42,264 bases of DNA from an uncultured Candidatus Saccharibacteria bacterium. GTDB taxonomy: Bacteria > Patescibacteriota > Minisyncoccia > Minisyncoccales > PWPS01. How positions within the stretch are numbered: position 1 is the stretch's first letter; each line of letters opens with the position of its first letter. The notes beneath the pieces are model-generated. The model saw only the letters and a program-made list of their open reading frames with translations, was not told the origin of the DNA and ran no database searches. The stretch covers positions 14,314 to 56,577 of the forward strand of contig CAZJEE010000001.1 of the NCBI GenBank assembly GCA_964544985.1. The letters are read 5' to 3'. This document shows, one piece after another, positions 28,452-38,822 of the stretch. The translations under genes were made by a program, and so were the position numbers.

Positions 28452-30806
28452 TTATTTTTTCTCGATCTTATGAATCTTTTTTACAGTTTGTACAAATGAG
28501 TCAGGATTAACAGAGACATAGTCAATTTTGTTTTCAATCAGAAATTCTACAAATCCCGGAATAATTGCTGGCGCTTCTCCACAAATACCAACTTTTTCTT
28601 TTAGCTTGTGCGCTTCCTTTAAAAAAGTTGCGATTGTTTTTCTAATGGCTGGATTGTTTTCATCATATCTTTTAGAAAGAAGAGAGTTATCTCTATCTAC
28701 TCCTAAAATCAGTTGTGCTAAGTCATTGCTCCCAATTGAAAAGCCATCAAAAACTCTGCTAAACTCTTCAACTAAAACAATATTGGATGGAATCTCGGCC
28801 ATCATATATATTTTAGTGCTCTTAATACCCTCTTCTTTTATCTTCTTTTTAATCTCCTTCCCTTCTTCAACACTTCTGCAGAACGGTACCATCAGTGAAA
28901 TATTGTTTAACCCAAACACCTCTATCGCACGCCTGATTGCCATGCACTCCATCTGAAAGGCAGGATAAAATTCTTTGTTAAGATATCTGGATGCTCCGCG
29001 AAAACCAATCATTGGATTGGACTCTTCTTTTTCATAAAGTTCTCCGCCAATGAGATTTCTATACTCGTTGGTTTTAAAGTCGGAAAGCCTTATGATAGCT
29101 TCTCTTGGATAAAATGCTGCCGCAATTTGTGCGATTCCTTCTGCGAGCTCTTTAATAAAATGCTCCTTTTTGTCGCTATGTTCAACCGTGATTTCTTTTA
29201 TTTTATTTTTTAAATCTCCTTTCAAGCTTTCATAGTGATAAAGTGCAAGAGGATGAACACGTACTTTTTCAGCCAAAACAAATTCTACTCTTGCAAGGCC
29301 TACTCCTTTTGACGGAAGATGGGAAGCACGAAACGCCATTTCAGGAGTACCAACATTTAACATCACTTTTGTTTTTATGCTTGGTATTTTATCTAAATCA
29401 TACTCTTTTACAGAATATGCGACATCTCCTTTGTAAACTCTTCCATTTAATCCTTGTGTACAATCAACGGTAACCATCATCTTGTCTTTTAATATTTTTG
29501 TTCCGTTTTCGGTACCGACAATTGTTGGCACCCCAAGCTCTCTTCCAACAATCGAAGCATGTGCGGTTTTTCCACCCTCATCAGTAATAATTGCGGATGC
29601 AAGACGCATAATACTCACCCAGTCCGGGTCAGTCATCTTTGTTACCAAAACATCTCCTTTTTCAAATCTTTCTATTTCACTTACATTTTCAATAACTTTT
29701 ACTCTCCCCTTTCCTACTTTTTCTCCAACAGCAATCCCAGTAACAATAGGCTTTTCTTTCGTTTTTATATCATACTCAAGATATTTATTTCCAGTTTTAG
29801 CAGAGTGGATTGTTTCTGGTCTAGCCTGAACAATGAAAAGCTTTCCGGTTTCTCCGTCTTTCGCCCATTCGATATCTTGTGGTCTTTTGTAGTGTTTTTC
29901 AATAATTACAGCCCATTTTGCTAACGTCAATATCTCTTTATCGTTAATTGAAAACTGTAATGCTTTTTTTCCAGGAACCGCCTTTTCAAGAAGCCCTCCT
30001 CCTTTTTTATAAACAAACTCTTTATTTTTTCTCCCCATGTCTTTCCTAATAATCGCCGGATATCCTTTTTCTAATGTTGGTTTAAATACATAAAACTCAT
30101 CTGGGGTAACGCTTCCTTGAACAATCATTTCTCCAATTCCAAAAATCGAGTTTATTAAAACGACATCTCGAAAACCACTTTCTGTGTCCAACGTAAACAT
30201 AATTCCAGAAGATGCTAAATCGGAACGAACCATTTTCTGAATACCAACAGAAAGAGCAAACTTTAAGTGAGGAACTTTTTTTTCTTCCCGATATGCAATC
30301 ACTCGATCATTAAAAGAAGATGCAATACATTCCTTTGCATACTTTAAAACATTATCTTCCCCAGAGATGTTTAAAAAAGTTTCGAACTGTCCCGCAAAAG
30401 ATGCGTCTGGTGCATCCTCGCACACCGCGGAAGAACGTACCGCCACACTTACATTTTTTGTGGCATATTCTTTACACATTTCTCGATAAGAATTTCTAAT
30501 CGCTTCTTCAACTTTTGGAGGAAAATTTCCCTTCATTACCGCTTGACGAGCCTTTTTGCCGGTTTCTCTAAGACTTTTTGTGCTACTACGATCATATCCT
30601 CTCAAAATATTTTTTAACTCCTCCTCGATTCTATTTTCTTTTAAAAAAGCCCAGTAACTATCAGTTGTCACTGCAAATCCTCCAGGAACCGCCACTCCCT
30701 CTTTGGAAAGAGACTTAATCATTTCTCCTAAAGATGCATTTTTTCCCCCGACATGAGGAAGATCTTTGTGTGTTATTGTTTTATAAGATACGGTATATTT
30801 GGGCAT
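28452..30806 (-). CDS. ppsA: Phosphoenolpyruvate synthase (pyruvate, water dikinase)
   Basis: 784 aa with an N-terminal ATP-grasp domain (HVGGKNASLGEM), a phospho-His swivel domain (GGKTAHASIVGRELGVP) and a C-terminal PEP-utilising TIM-barrel (GSNDLAQ). Confidence 0.88.
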   Translation of the reverse strand: MPKYTVSYKTITHKDLPHVGGKNASLGEMIKSLSKEGVAVPGGFAVTTDSYWAFLKENRIEEELKNILRGYDRSSTKSLRETGKKARQAVMKGNFPPKVEEAIRNSYREMCKEYATKNVSVAVRSSAVCEDAPDASFAGQFETFLNISGEDNVLKYAKECIASSFNDRVIAYREEKKVPHLKFALSVGIQKMVRSDLASSGIMFTLDTESGFRDVVLINSIFGIGEMIVQGSVTPDEFYVFKPTLEKGYPAIIRKDMGRKNKEFVYKKGGGLLEKAVPGKKALQFSINDKEILTLAKWAVIIEKHYKRPQDIEWAKDGETGKLFIVQARPETIHSAKTGNKYLEYDIKTKEKPIVTGIAVGEKVGKGRVKVIENVSEIERFEKGDVLVTKMTDPDWVSIMRLASAIITDEGGKTAHASIVGRELGVPTIVGTENGTKILKDKMMVTVDCTQGLNGRVYKGDVAYSVKEYDLDKIPSIKTKVMLNVGTPEMAFRASHLPSKGVGLARVEFVLAEKVRVHPLALYHYESLKGDLKNKIKEITVEHSDKKEHFIKELAEGIAQIAAAFYPREAIIRLSDFKTNEYRNLIGGELYEKEESNPMIGFRGASRYLNKEFYPAFQMECMAIRRAIEVFGLNNISLMVPFCRSVEEGKEIKKKIKEEGIKSTKIYMMAEIPSNIVLVEEFSRVFDGFSIGSNDLAQLILGVDRDNSLLSKRYDENNPAIRKTIATFLKEAHKLKEKVGICGEAPAIIPGFVEFLIENKIDYVSVNPDSFVQTVKKIHKIEKK

Positions 30807-30818
30807 AATTTTAATATT

Positions 30819-31724
30819 TTAATTTTCATAATACTCTGAAAGCGGTGGGACCATTTCTTGTTTTCTTGAAGAAATATTCTCTAATAGGAAATAATTTTCT
30901 TTTTCTTCTCCATTAAATACTTTTCTAATTATTTCTTTTTCTTCATCTGAAGCAGGATAAAACATCGTATTCCCATTAATTATATCAACTGCTCCGAAGA
31001 AGAGTGCGTCATATTTCCTTTCTTCTTTAATTTTTTTTAAAATAAGTCTAATCTCTTTTTGATTTTCTTCGAAGTACTTAAGAGAAGTACTTTCGGCTAC
31101 GCCAATAACAATCCTTTTTCCTCCAAAATCATATTCTTTCAAGTCTCCAAAAATAATATCTTCTATATTTTTTCCTGAAAAATCAGACTTTGCTTCGAAC
31201 ATTTTCTCTGCGAAAGAGTTTGGTTCTATCTTAGAAATTTTAGACAGTTCATAGTATAAATCTATATCCTCAGTCGTTGTTGTTGGAGAATTAAGATTCA
31301 AAGTATCGGAAATAATCCCCGCAAGTAGTAGCCCAGCTTCTTTTTCTGTTAGGGAAACACCCTTCTCTTTCATCATTTTATAGACCAATGTTGATGTACT
31401 TCCTACCGGCTCTATACGAAAAAATATTGGCTTATCAGTTTTTAGACCAGAAAGCATGTGATGGTCTAATACTCCACAAATCTTTTCTTTTTTTGCAACG
31501 CTTTGCACAATTTCGTTATGATCAACAAGAAAAAATTCAGCATCTTTTTCCTCTGTTATGATTTCCGGGAGATCTTCTTTGAAGTAAGAAAAAATAAATT
31601 TTGTTTCACTATTAACTTCTCCGGCAATTCGAGAAACTGCGTCTTCGCCCAAAAAATTAGCGAATACTTTTGCCGAAATTACTGAATCTGTGTCGGGATT
31701 TTTGTGTCCGATTACAATAATCAT
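30819..31724 (-). CDS. ppaC: Family II (DHH, Mn-dependent) inorganic pyrophosphatase
   Basis: 301 aa with GHKNPDTDSV, FLVDHNE and VLDHH motifs, followed by a DHHA2-like C-terminus. Confidence 0.8.
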   Translation of the reverse strand: MIIVIGHKNPDTDSVISAKVFANFLGEDAVSRIAGEVNSETKFIFSYFKEDLPEIITEEKDAEFFLVDHNEIVQSVAKKEKICGVLDHHMLSGLKTDKPIFFRIEPVGSTSTLVYKMMKEKGVSLTEKEAGLLLAGIISDTLNLNSPTTTTEDIDLYYELSKISKIEPNSFAEKMFEAKSDFSGKNIEDIIFGDLKEYDFGGKRIVIGVAESTSLKYFEENQKEIRLILKKIKEERKYDALFFGAVDIINGNTMFYPASDEEKEIIRKVFNGEEKENYFLLENISSRKQEMVPPLSEYYEN

Positions 31725-33622
31725 ACTTGATTTTTAATTATTTTCTGTAACCCCTCTACACTTTCTGGATTTGCCAGAGTAGAAAGATCTCCAAGATCTT
31801 CATCTGCAAAGATTTTTTTCATAATCCTACGCATTATCTTTCCTGATCTTGTTTTTGGTAAATCTTCAACAAGATAAATATTTTTTACCATCGCAATCGG
31901 CCCTATCTCATCCCATAATGATTTTTTGATCTCTTCAATAATTCCATCTCTTTTACTAGTAACAACAGCAAAAACCACTGGAACCTCTCCTCTTATTTCA
32001 TCATGAATTCCAACGACAGCACATTCTGCGACATCTTTGTTTTTTGCAACAATATTTTCCATCTCTCCTGTTGATAAACGATGTCCAGCTACTTTTATAA
32101 CATCATCAGCTCTCCCGACGATTCTTATTAATCCATCTTTGTCACGATATGCTTTGTCTGAAGTATAATAAACCTCTTCACCATAATCTGTGAAATATGT
32201 ACTCCTATATTTTTCATCGTTGTTATAAACTCCTCGCAACATTCCTGGGGAAAATGGCGGAAGGATTACAAGGTCTCCAACCTCATCTTCTTTCACATCG
32301 CTTCCATCTGTATTATAAATTTCAAAATTAATTCCTGGAAATGTTCTTCCGGAAAATGTTGGTTTAAACGGTCCAACACCCGGCAAAGATGTAATGAGAA
32401 TTCCACCAGTTTCAGTTTGCCACCATGTATCTACAACAGGACATCTTTCTTTCCCAATTTCTCGATAATACCATTCCCACGTATCTTCATCGATAGGCTC
32501 CCCTACCGAACCTAAAAGTCTTAAACTTTTCAATTCTTTATTAACCTTCCCGAGTTGCATTTTGAATAATCTTATTGCTGTCGGAGCAGTATAGAAAATA
32601 GTAACATTATGCTTTTCAATGATTTCTGCAAACCGGTCATGGTTGGGCCAATTCGGAACACCCTCAAAGATAATCGTTGTTGCGCCATTTAAAAGCGGAC
32701 TATAAATAGTATAGGTATGACCCGTAATCCAGCCAATATCTGCAGTGGACCAGAGAACATCTTCTTCTTTAATGTCGAATATCCACTTCCCTGTTGTTTT
32801 TGTCTGAACAGTGTACCCCCCACAAGTATGTAAAACACCTTTTGGTTTCCCGGTAGATCCACTTGTATATAAGATAAAAAGAGGATCTTCACTATCCATT
32901 GTTTCGGCAACACATTCTTCACTTTCTTCTTTAATCACGTCCTCCCACCAGATATCTTTTTCAGTAAAATTAATTTCCTGGCCCCCACGTTTTACTAAAA
33001 TGACTTTTTCGATAGATGTTTCTTTGATTCCTTCGTCAACATTATTTTTTAAAGAAACAATCTCGTGCGCTCTCTTAAATCCATCGGCAGTAATTAATAT
33101 TTTTGCTCCAGTATCTTGAAGTCTTACGCGTAGCGCAGAAGGACTAAACGCAGAAAAAACAACTGTGTGCATCGCCCCAATTCGCGCGCAAGCTAAAAGT
33201 GCAACAACGGCCTCTGGAATCATCGGCATATATATTCCAATCGGGTCTCCTTTTTTTACTCCCATTTTCTTTAACCCATTGGCAAACTTGTTAACCCTTT
33301 TATACAGTTCTTTATAACTTATCTTTAATTCCTCCTCGTCAGGAGAGTTGGGACAAAAAATAATGGCTATTTTTTCGTTCTCTTTGTTTTTATCTAAAAC
33401 GCTTTCAGTAATATTAATTTTCCCGCCTGAGAACCAGCTAAAATATGGAGGTTTATGTAAAAAAGCATCTTTCCATTCTTCTTTCCAAACAACTTCTTTC
33501 GCATTTTTTTCCCAAAAAGAAACTGGATCTTTTTTTGCTTCTTCATAAATATCTTCATTATTGATATGAGCTTTTTCCTTGAATTCTTCTGAGGGATAAT
33601 ATAGTCCGTCTTTTTTAAACAT
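31721..33622 (-). CDS. acs: Acetyl-CoA synthetase (AMP-forming)
   Basis: 633 aa with AMP-binding motif YTSGSTGKPKG, WWQTETGG and LPKTRSGKIMRR. Confidence 0.9.
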   Translation of the reverse strand: MFKKDGLYYPSEEFKEKAHINNEDIYEEAKKDPVSFWEKNAKEVVWKEEWKDAFLHKPPYFSWFSGGKINITESVLDKNKENEKIAIIFCPNSPDEEELKISYKELYKRVNKFANGLKKMGVKKGDPIGIYMPMIPEAVVALLACARIGAMHTVVFSAFSPSALRVRLQDTGAKILITADGFKRAHEIVSLKNNVDEGIKETSIEKVILVKRGGQEINFTEKDIWWEDVIKEESEECVAETMDSEDPLFILYTSGSTGKPKGVLHTCGGYTVQTKTTGKWIFDIKEEDVLWSTADIGWITGHTYTIYSPLLNGATTIIFEGVPNWPNHDRFAEIIEKHNVTIFYTAPTAIRLFKMQLGKVNKELKSLRLLGSVGEPIDEDTWEWYYREIGKERCPVVDTWWQTETGGILITSLPGVGPFKPTFSGRTFPGINFEIYNTDGSDVKEDEVGDLVILPPFSPGMLRGVYNNDEKYRSTYFTDYGEEVYYTSDKAYRDKDGLIRIVGRADDVIKVAGHRLSTGEMENIVAKNKDVAECAVVGIHDEIRGEVPVVFAVVTSKRDGIIEEIKKSLWDEIGPIAMVKNIYLVEDLPKTRSGKIMRRIMKKIFADEDLGDLSTLANPESVEGLQKIIKNQV

Positions 33623-33640
33623 AATAATTTAGATCAAGTC

Positions 33641-34621
33641 TTATAATTTCTTTGAAATGTAATTCGTAAAATCTGCGAGGCGCGCAGAATACCCCCATTC
33701 GTTATCGTACCAAGAAAGTATCTTTATCATATTCTCCTTTACGTCTAACATCTCACTATCGATTACCGAAGAATAAGAATTGCCGATATAATCACTTGAA
33801 ACAAGCGGTAAGTCTTCTATTTTTAAAATATTTTGATAACTTTCTTTTTGCACTTCTTCTCTAAAGACCATCAAAACCTCCTCTCTTGTTGTGTTTTTTT
33901 CAACCAAGCAAACCAGATCAACAATCGAAACCACAGCTGTTGGGACTCTCATCGCCATACCGGATATTCTTCCATCGAGTTCCGGCAAAACTCTAGAAAC
34001 CGCTTTCGCAGCTCCAGTGGTTGTTGGAATAATATTTGATGTAGCCGATCTAGAACGTCGAAAATCTTTATGAGCACCATCTAATAAATTTTGACTAATC
34101 GTATAACTATGGACAGTCGTCATCATTCCCCTTATTATCCCAAATTTTTCATTAACAATTTTTAAAAGCGGGGCAAGACAGTTTGTAGTACAAGAACCCA
34201 TATCAACAACATGATGTATGGCTGAATCATACTTATCCTCGTTAACCCCCAGAACAAAAGAAGATATTTTTTCTGGTTCTTTAGAAGGAGCAGAGATAAT
34301 AACTTTTTTTGCACCAGCAATAAGATGTTTTTCCGCTTTCTCATAATCAGTAAAAAGTCCAGTACATTCAAGAACAACATCAATCTCTAGGTCTTTCCAT
34401 GGTAAATTTTCTGGATTTCTCTCAGCAAACATTTTAAAGTTACTTTTGTGCTCAAATTTACCGTAAATTGAATCATATTTCAAAAGATGATCTATTTTTT
34501 CTGGTTCTAATAAATCATTCACCGCCACAACCTCTAAATCATTACCATAATTAAGAAGGATATTTTTAAAAACAGCTCTACCAATTCTCCCAAAGCCATT
34601 TATTGCAACTTTTTTTGTCAT
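33641..34621 (-). CDS. gap: Glyceraldehyde-3-phosphate dehydrogenase (type I)
   Basis: 326 aa with INGFGRIGR and active-site SCTTNCLAP. Confidence 0.93.
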   Translation of the reverse strand: MTKKVAINGFGRIGRAVFKNILLNYGNDLEVVAVNDLLEPEKIDHLLKYDSIYGKFEHKSNFKMFAERNPENLPWKDLEIDVVLECTGLFTDYEKAEKHLIAGAKKVIISAPSKEPEKISSFVLGVNEDKYDSAIHHVVDMGSCTTNCLAPLLKIVNEKFGIIRGMMTTVHSYTISQNLLDGAHKDFRRSRSATSNIIPTTTGAAKAVSRVLPELDGRISGMAMRVPTAVVSIVDLVCLVEKNTTREEVLMVFREEVQKESYQNILKIEDLPLVSSDYIGNSYSSVIDSEMLDVKENMIKILSWYDNEWGYSARLADFTNYISKKL

Positions 34622-34627
34622 AAAGAT

Positions 34628-34864
34628 TTAAAGATTTAAAATATTATCAATCTTTTCTTTATCAAAGCCAATTATAATTTCTCCGTCAATATCAACAACG
34701 GGAACTCCGAGCTGATTAGTTTTCTCAATCATTTCTTTTTGAGCTTCTTCGTTTTGACTAACATCAAGCTCCTCATATTGAATATTTTTTTCAGCCAAAT
34801 ATCGCTTTAAAATTATACAATATGTGCAGGTTGGTGTTGAATAAATACGTATTTTTTTAGACAT
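34628..34864 (-). CDS. Glutaredoxin-like / NrdH-like small redox protein
   Basis: 78 aa with a thioredoxin fold, a CTYC active site near the N-terminus and a later GVPVV motif. Confidence 0.7.
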   Translation of the reverse strand: MSKKIRIYSTPTCTYCIILKRYLAEKNIQYEELDVSQNEEAQKEMIEKTNQLGVPVVDIDGEIIIGFDKEKIDNILNL

Positions 34865-34933
34865 ATTTTTTTAATTAATTTTTATTCTGATGATTAGTTT
34901 ATTACACATATCTCTTTTCTACAAGAGAATTAG

Positions 34934-36436
34934 TTAAATAAAAAGGCATTCTCCTGTCATTTCTTTTGGTTTTTTAATTCCTAGTACTGATAATGCGGTT
35001 GGTGCAATATCTTGAAGGCCGCCGTTCTTTTTTAATCGTTTCATTTCTTCAGAAAGAACAGTAAGTTTAACTGGATTTATAGTATGACTAGTTGCCCATT
35101 GTGGTCTTTGATCTTCCGCATTTCCATGATCGGCAAAAATAAAAATAGTATATTTTTCCTGGAGACCCGCCTGAACAATTTTATTTGTTTCTTTATCGAC
35201 TACCTCTACAGCCTCAATAATCTTCTCTTTTTTCGCAGTATGACCCACCATATCTGCATTTACAAGGTTCACAACAATAAAATGATATTTATTTTTTTTA
35301 ATTTCTTTTACCGTTTTATTCGCAACAGTTTTTGCTTTCATCTTCGGCATTAAATCATATGTCGGAATTTTCGGCGAAGAAACTAACTCCCTTACTTCTC
35401 CTAAAAAAGGTTTTTCTTCTTGATTGTTGAAAAAAAATGTAACATGAGGATACTTTTCCGTCTCACTCACCCTTAGCTGTTTCATTTTATTCTTACTCAC
35501 CACTTCTCCTAGTATATTTTTTACTCTTCTTTTTTTAAAAGCTACATTTTTTAGTGAACTGTAATAGGTCGTCATAGCAACAAAAAAAACTGAAATTTTT
35601 TCTCTTTTCCACTGATTAAAGTTCTTCTCAACAATTGCCTGAGTGAGTTGTCTCGGTCTATCTGATCTAAAGTTGAAAAAAATTACCGAATCATTATCTG
35701 CAAATCCCGCATATCCCTCTTTTGCCGTTGGTATAATAAATTCATCAGTTTCATTTTTCTGATAACATTTTTTTATTTCCCTTGCGGGATCGTCAAATTT
35801 TTCTTTTGTTTCTCCTTCTGCAATCGCCAAATATGCTTTTTTGGTTCTTTCCCACCTCTTATCACGATCCATCGCATAATAACGTCCAGAGAGAGTTACA
35901 ACTTCCCCAAAGCCAATCTTCTCAATCTTCTTTTTTAAATCTTTTAATTGCTTTTCGCCGTCTTTTACGGGTGCATCTCTACCATCGGTTATTACATGGA
36001 TAAAAACTTTCTTAAATTTATTTTTTTTGCACAAATCAAGAAGAGCGTAAAGATGATCCGAATGAGAATGAACTCCTTTCTTTTGTAAAAGACCAATAAG
36101 ATGAAGATGACTGTTTTTTTTCTTACAATTTTCAATGGCCCCCAAGAATTGTTCATTTTTAAAAAAACTGCGATTTTTTATCGCTTCATTGATAATAAAC
36201 AAGTCTTCTTTCACAATCCTCCCCGCACCAATTGTGATGTGTCCAACCTCAGAATTTCCTTGATAGCCTTTCGGCAATCCAACCGCCTCTCCAGAGGCTT
36301 TTATTACAGTTGTCGGGTAGTTTCTTTCTAAGAAATCAGAGTATGGCGTATTCGCTTCTGCAACCGCATTAAAATCTTTTTCTTTTCTGTAACCCCATCC
36401 GTCTTTGATGATAAAAATGACTTTGTTTTTCTTCAT
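34934..36436 (-). CDS. gpmI: 2,3-bisphosphoglycerate-independent phosphoglycerate mutase
   Basis: 500 aa with GNSEVGHITIGAGR, ITDGRD and ADHGNAE motifs. Confidence 0.9.
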   Translation of the reverse strand: MKKNKVIFIIKDGWGYRKEKDFNAVAEANTPYSDFLERNYPTTVIKASGEAVGLPKGYQGNSEVGHITIGAGRIVKEDLFIINEAIKNRSFFKNEQFLGAIENCKKKNSHLHLIGLLQKKGVHSHSDHLYALLDLCKKNKFKKVFIHVITDGRDAPVKDGEKQLKDLKKKIEKIGFGEVVTLSGRYYAMDRDKRWERTKKAYLAIAEGETKEKFDDPAREIKKCYQKNETDEFIIPTAKEGYAGFADNDSVIFFNFRSDRPRQLTQAIVEKNFNQWKREKISVFFVAMTTYYSSLKNVAFKKRRVKNILGEVVSKNKMKQLRVSETEKYPHVTFFFNNQEEKPFLGEVRELVSSPKIPTYDLMPKMKAKTVANKTVKEIKKNKYHFIVVNLVNADMVGHTAKKEKIIEAVEVVDKETNKIVQAGLQEKYTIFIFADHGNAEDQRPQWATSHTINPVKLTVLSEEMKRLKKNGGLQDIAPTALSVLGIKKPKEMTGECLFI

Positions 36437-36438
36437 TT

Positions 36439-36840
36439 TTAGCTGTTGAACTCAATTAGTTTCTCGGTCAATGATTGTACTTTTATTTGAATAGTTGAGA
36501 GACTTTCATATAATTCTTTGCTACTAATATCTTCTTTATCCAATCCTTCTCTAACATTTTTTAAATTATTTTCAATTTCGACTATCTCTTCTGCCAACAA
36601 TCTTGTTACGTCATCCCCCATCAAAAATATATTCTCCAAAATATTGTAAAAGCCTTCCTCCACTTCTATAAAAAGCAACTTTGCCTCCTCAATGTTTTCC
36701 TGATTTATTGATTCCCCTTCGTTCTCGATAATTAGAGAAGGTTCAATACTTTCTTGCTTGTTTCTTTCATTAAAAATAAAATACATTATTAAGAGAGAAA
36801 CAAATACTCCAATTAAAATAAAAAACTTCTTATTTAACAT
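36439..36840 (-). CDS. Hypothetical membrane-anchored acidic coiled-coil protein
   Basis: 133 aa with an N-terminal TM helix (FFILIGVFVSLLIMYFIF) followed by an E-rich helical region. It overlaps the eno 3' end by 11 nt and abuts gpmI. I recognise no family. Confidence 0.45.
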   Translation of the reverse strand: MLNKKFFILIGVFVSLLIMYFIFNERNKQESIEPSLIIENEGESINQENIEEAKLLFIEVEEGFYNILENIFLMGDDVTRLLAEEIVEIENNLKNVREGLDKEDISSKELYESLSTIQIKVQSLTEKLIEFNS

Positions 36841-38038
36841 TATTTAAATTTTCTTCTATTTTTAACAACCGATTATATTTTGCTACTCTTTCTCCTCTTT
36901 TTGGCGCACCGGCTTTAATATATTTTGCACCTACACCAACTGCAAAATCAGCAATAAAATCATCATTTGTTTCGCCCGACCTATGAGAAACAACTATTTC
37001 CCATCCAAACTCCTTCGCTTTTTTTACTGCACTTAGCGCCTCTGAAACACTTCCTATTTGATTCATCTTAAGAATCATCGCGTTACACGAGTTACTGTTA
37101 AATGCCGTTTCCATTCTTTTTGTATTAGTCGCTAAGAGATCATCTCCAATAATCAAAATATTTTCTAACTTCTTTCTTAACTCTCCCCATCCCCAAAAAT
37201 CATTTTCTTCAAGCGGATCTTCTATCCCTAAAAGATAAAAATCATTGATAATACTTTCGTAATAATTTATCATCTCTTCTTTTTTAAGATTTCTCCCCTG
37301 AAAAGAATATTCACCGTTATTATAAAATTCAGTTGCAGCAACATCAATAACTATCGGAATATCAGAATTAACTTTTTTAAATAACATCAACACATCTCTT
37401 TCTGACTCTATCTTAGGAACAAATCCACCCTCATCGCCAATATTTGTTGAATCCTTACCATACTTCTCTTGAATTTCTTCTTTTAGTTTTTCTGAAAATT
37501 CTACTGCGAAGCGCAAGTTATCTGAAAATTTTTCTTCTTGTGGAACAATCATAAATTCTTGAAATCTAACTCCTCCGTGTCCATGTGCTCCTCCGTTTAC
37601 AATATTAAAGAATGGAATGGGCATTTTTAAATTATTTGAAAAGTCTTTTGCCAAATATTCGTAAAGGCTTTTTCCTTCTTTGGCTGCAGCCGCCCTAAAA
37701 AAACTCATAGAAACGGGGAGGATTGCATTCGCCCCAATGTTTGACTTATCTTCCGTTCCATCAAGTTCAATCATAACTCTATCAAAAAGCAACGGATCTA
37801 TTTCTTTATTTAAAAATAAAGGGGCAATTTTTTGATTAATATTATCTACGGCTTTTAAAACTCCTCTTCCCCTGTATCGAATCCCACCATCCCGTAACTC
37901 CTTTGCCTCGTGTGCTCCAGTTGATGCACCAGAAGGAACAGAAGAAAGAAATTCTCCATAATCTGTTATCAAAGAAACCTCGACAGTCGGATTTCCTCGT
38001 GAATCTAATATTTCTCTGGCTTTTAACTTTTTTATCAT
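36830..38038 (-). CDS. eno: Enolase
   Basis: 402 aa with REILDSRGNPTVEV at the N-terminus, SHRSGETND and a lysine-containing KxNQIG motif (LKMNQIGS). Confidence 0.95.
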   Translation of the reverse strand: MIKKLKAREILDSRGNPTVEVSLITDYGEFLSSVPSGASTGAHEAKELRDGGIRYRGRGVLKAVDNINQKIAPLFLNKEIDPLLFDRVMIELDGTEDKSNIGANAILPVSMSFFRAAAAKEGKSLYEYLAKDFSNNLKMPIPFFNIVNGGAHGHGGVRFQEFMIVPQEEKFSDNLRFAVEFSEKLKEEIQEKYGKDSTNIGDEGGFVPKIESERDVLMLFKKVNSDIPIVIDVAATEFYNNGEYSFQGRNLKKEEMINYYESIINDFYLLGIEDPLEENDFWGWGELRKKLENILIIGDDLLATNTKRMETAFNSNSCNAMILKMNQIGSVSEALSAVKKAKEFGWEIVVSHRSGETNDDFIADFAVGVGAKYIKAGAPKRGERVAKYNRLLKIEENLNNVK

Positions 38039-38039
38039 A

Positions 38040-38822
38040 TTATGTTGTTAACCACCCACCATCAACATTAATTACTGACCCGGTCATATAAGAAGAAGCG
38101 TCGGAAGCAAGAAAAAGCACCACGGTCGAAACTTCTTCAGGTTTACCCAGTCTTTTTAATGGCAATCTACTTATAATTTGTTTTGTTGCCTCTTCATTTT
38201 CCTTAATAATGTCAATCATCGGAGTTTCAATAATCCCTGGTGCAATAAGATTTACTCGTATATTATAAGTTGCTAAATCAACAGCCATTGCTTCTGTCAT
38301 CCCCGCGATACCACCTTTTGAAGAAACATATGGTACAGTATTCGGAAAACCAACTCCATTCTGTCCCATAGCAATTGATCCAATATTAACAATACTTCCC
38401 CCACCTCCTTCTTTCATTACCTCTGCAACTGCCTGTGAACAGAAAAAATATCCCTTAAGATTGATATTTAGAATTCTATCCCAATCTTCTTCTTGAATAT
38501 CAAAAAAGTTTTTGAAATCTACAACGCCCGCATTATTTACCAGAATATCAATTCTTTCATAGATTTCTTTGGTTTTTTTAATCAAGTTATCAACTTCTTC
38601 TTTCTTTGAAATATCACACTCAATTGCACATGCTTCTCCCCCTCTTTCTCTTATCTCATCAACAACTAGTTCGGACTCTGAATTATTAATATCCGAAACA
38701 ATAACTTTCGCCCCCGCATCCGCAAGAGCAAAACAATGTGTTCTTCCCATTCCTCTCCTTGCCCCAGTAACAATTGCTATTCTCCCCTCGAGATTGAAAT
38801 ACTCTTTGAAGTTTTTTATCAT
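38040..38822 (-). CDS. Short-chain dehydrogenase/reductase (FabG / glucose-dehydrogenase-like)
   Basis: 260 aa with TGARRGMG (TGxxxGxG), NNAG and YVSSK (YxxxK). Confidence 0.8.
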   Translation of the reverse strand: MIKNFKEYFNLEGRIAIVTGARRGMGRTHCFALADAGAKVIVSDINNSESELVVDEIRERGGEACAIECDISKKEEVDNLIKKTKEIYERIDILVNNAGVVDFKNFFDIQEEDWDRILNINLKGYFFCSQAVAEVMKEGGGGSIVNIGSIAMGQNGVGFPNTVPYVSSKGGIAGMTEAMAVDLATYNIRVNLIAPGIIETPMIDIIKENEEATKQIISRLPLKRLGKPEEVSTVVLFLASDASSYMTGSVINVDGGWLTT

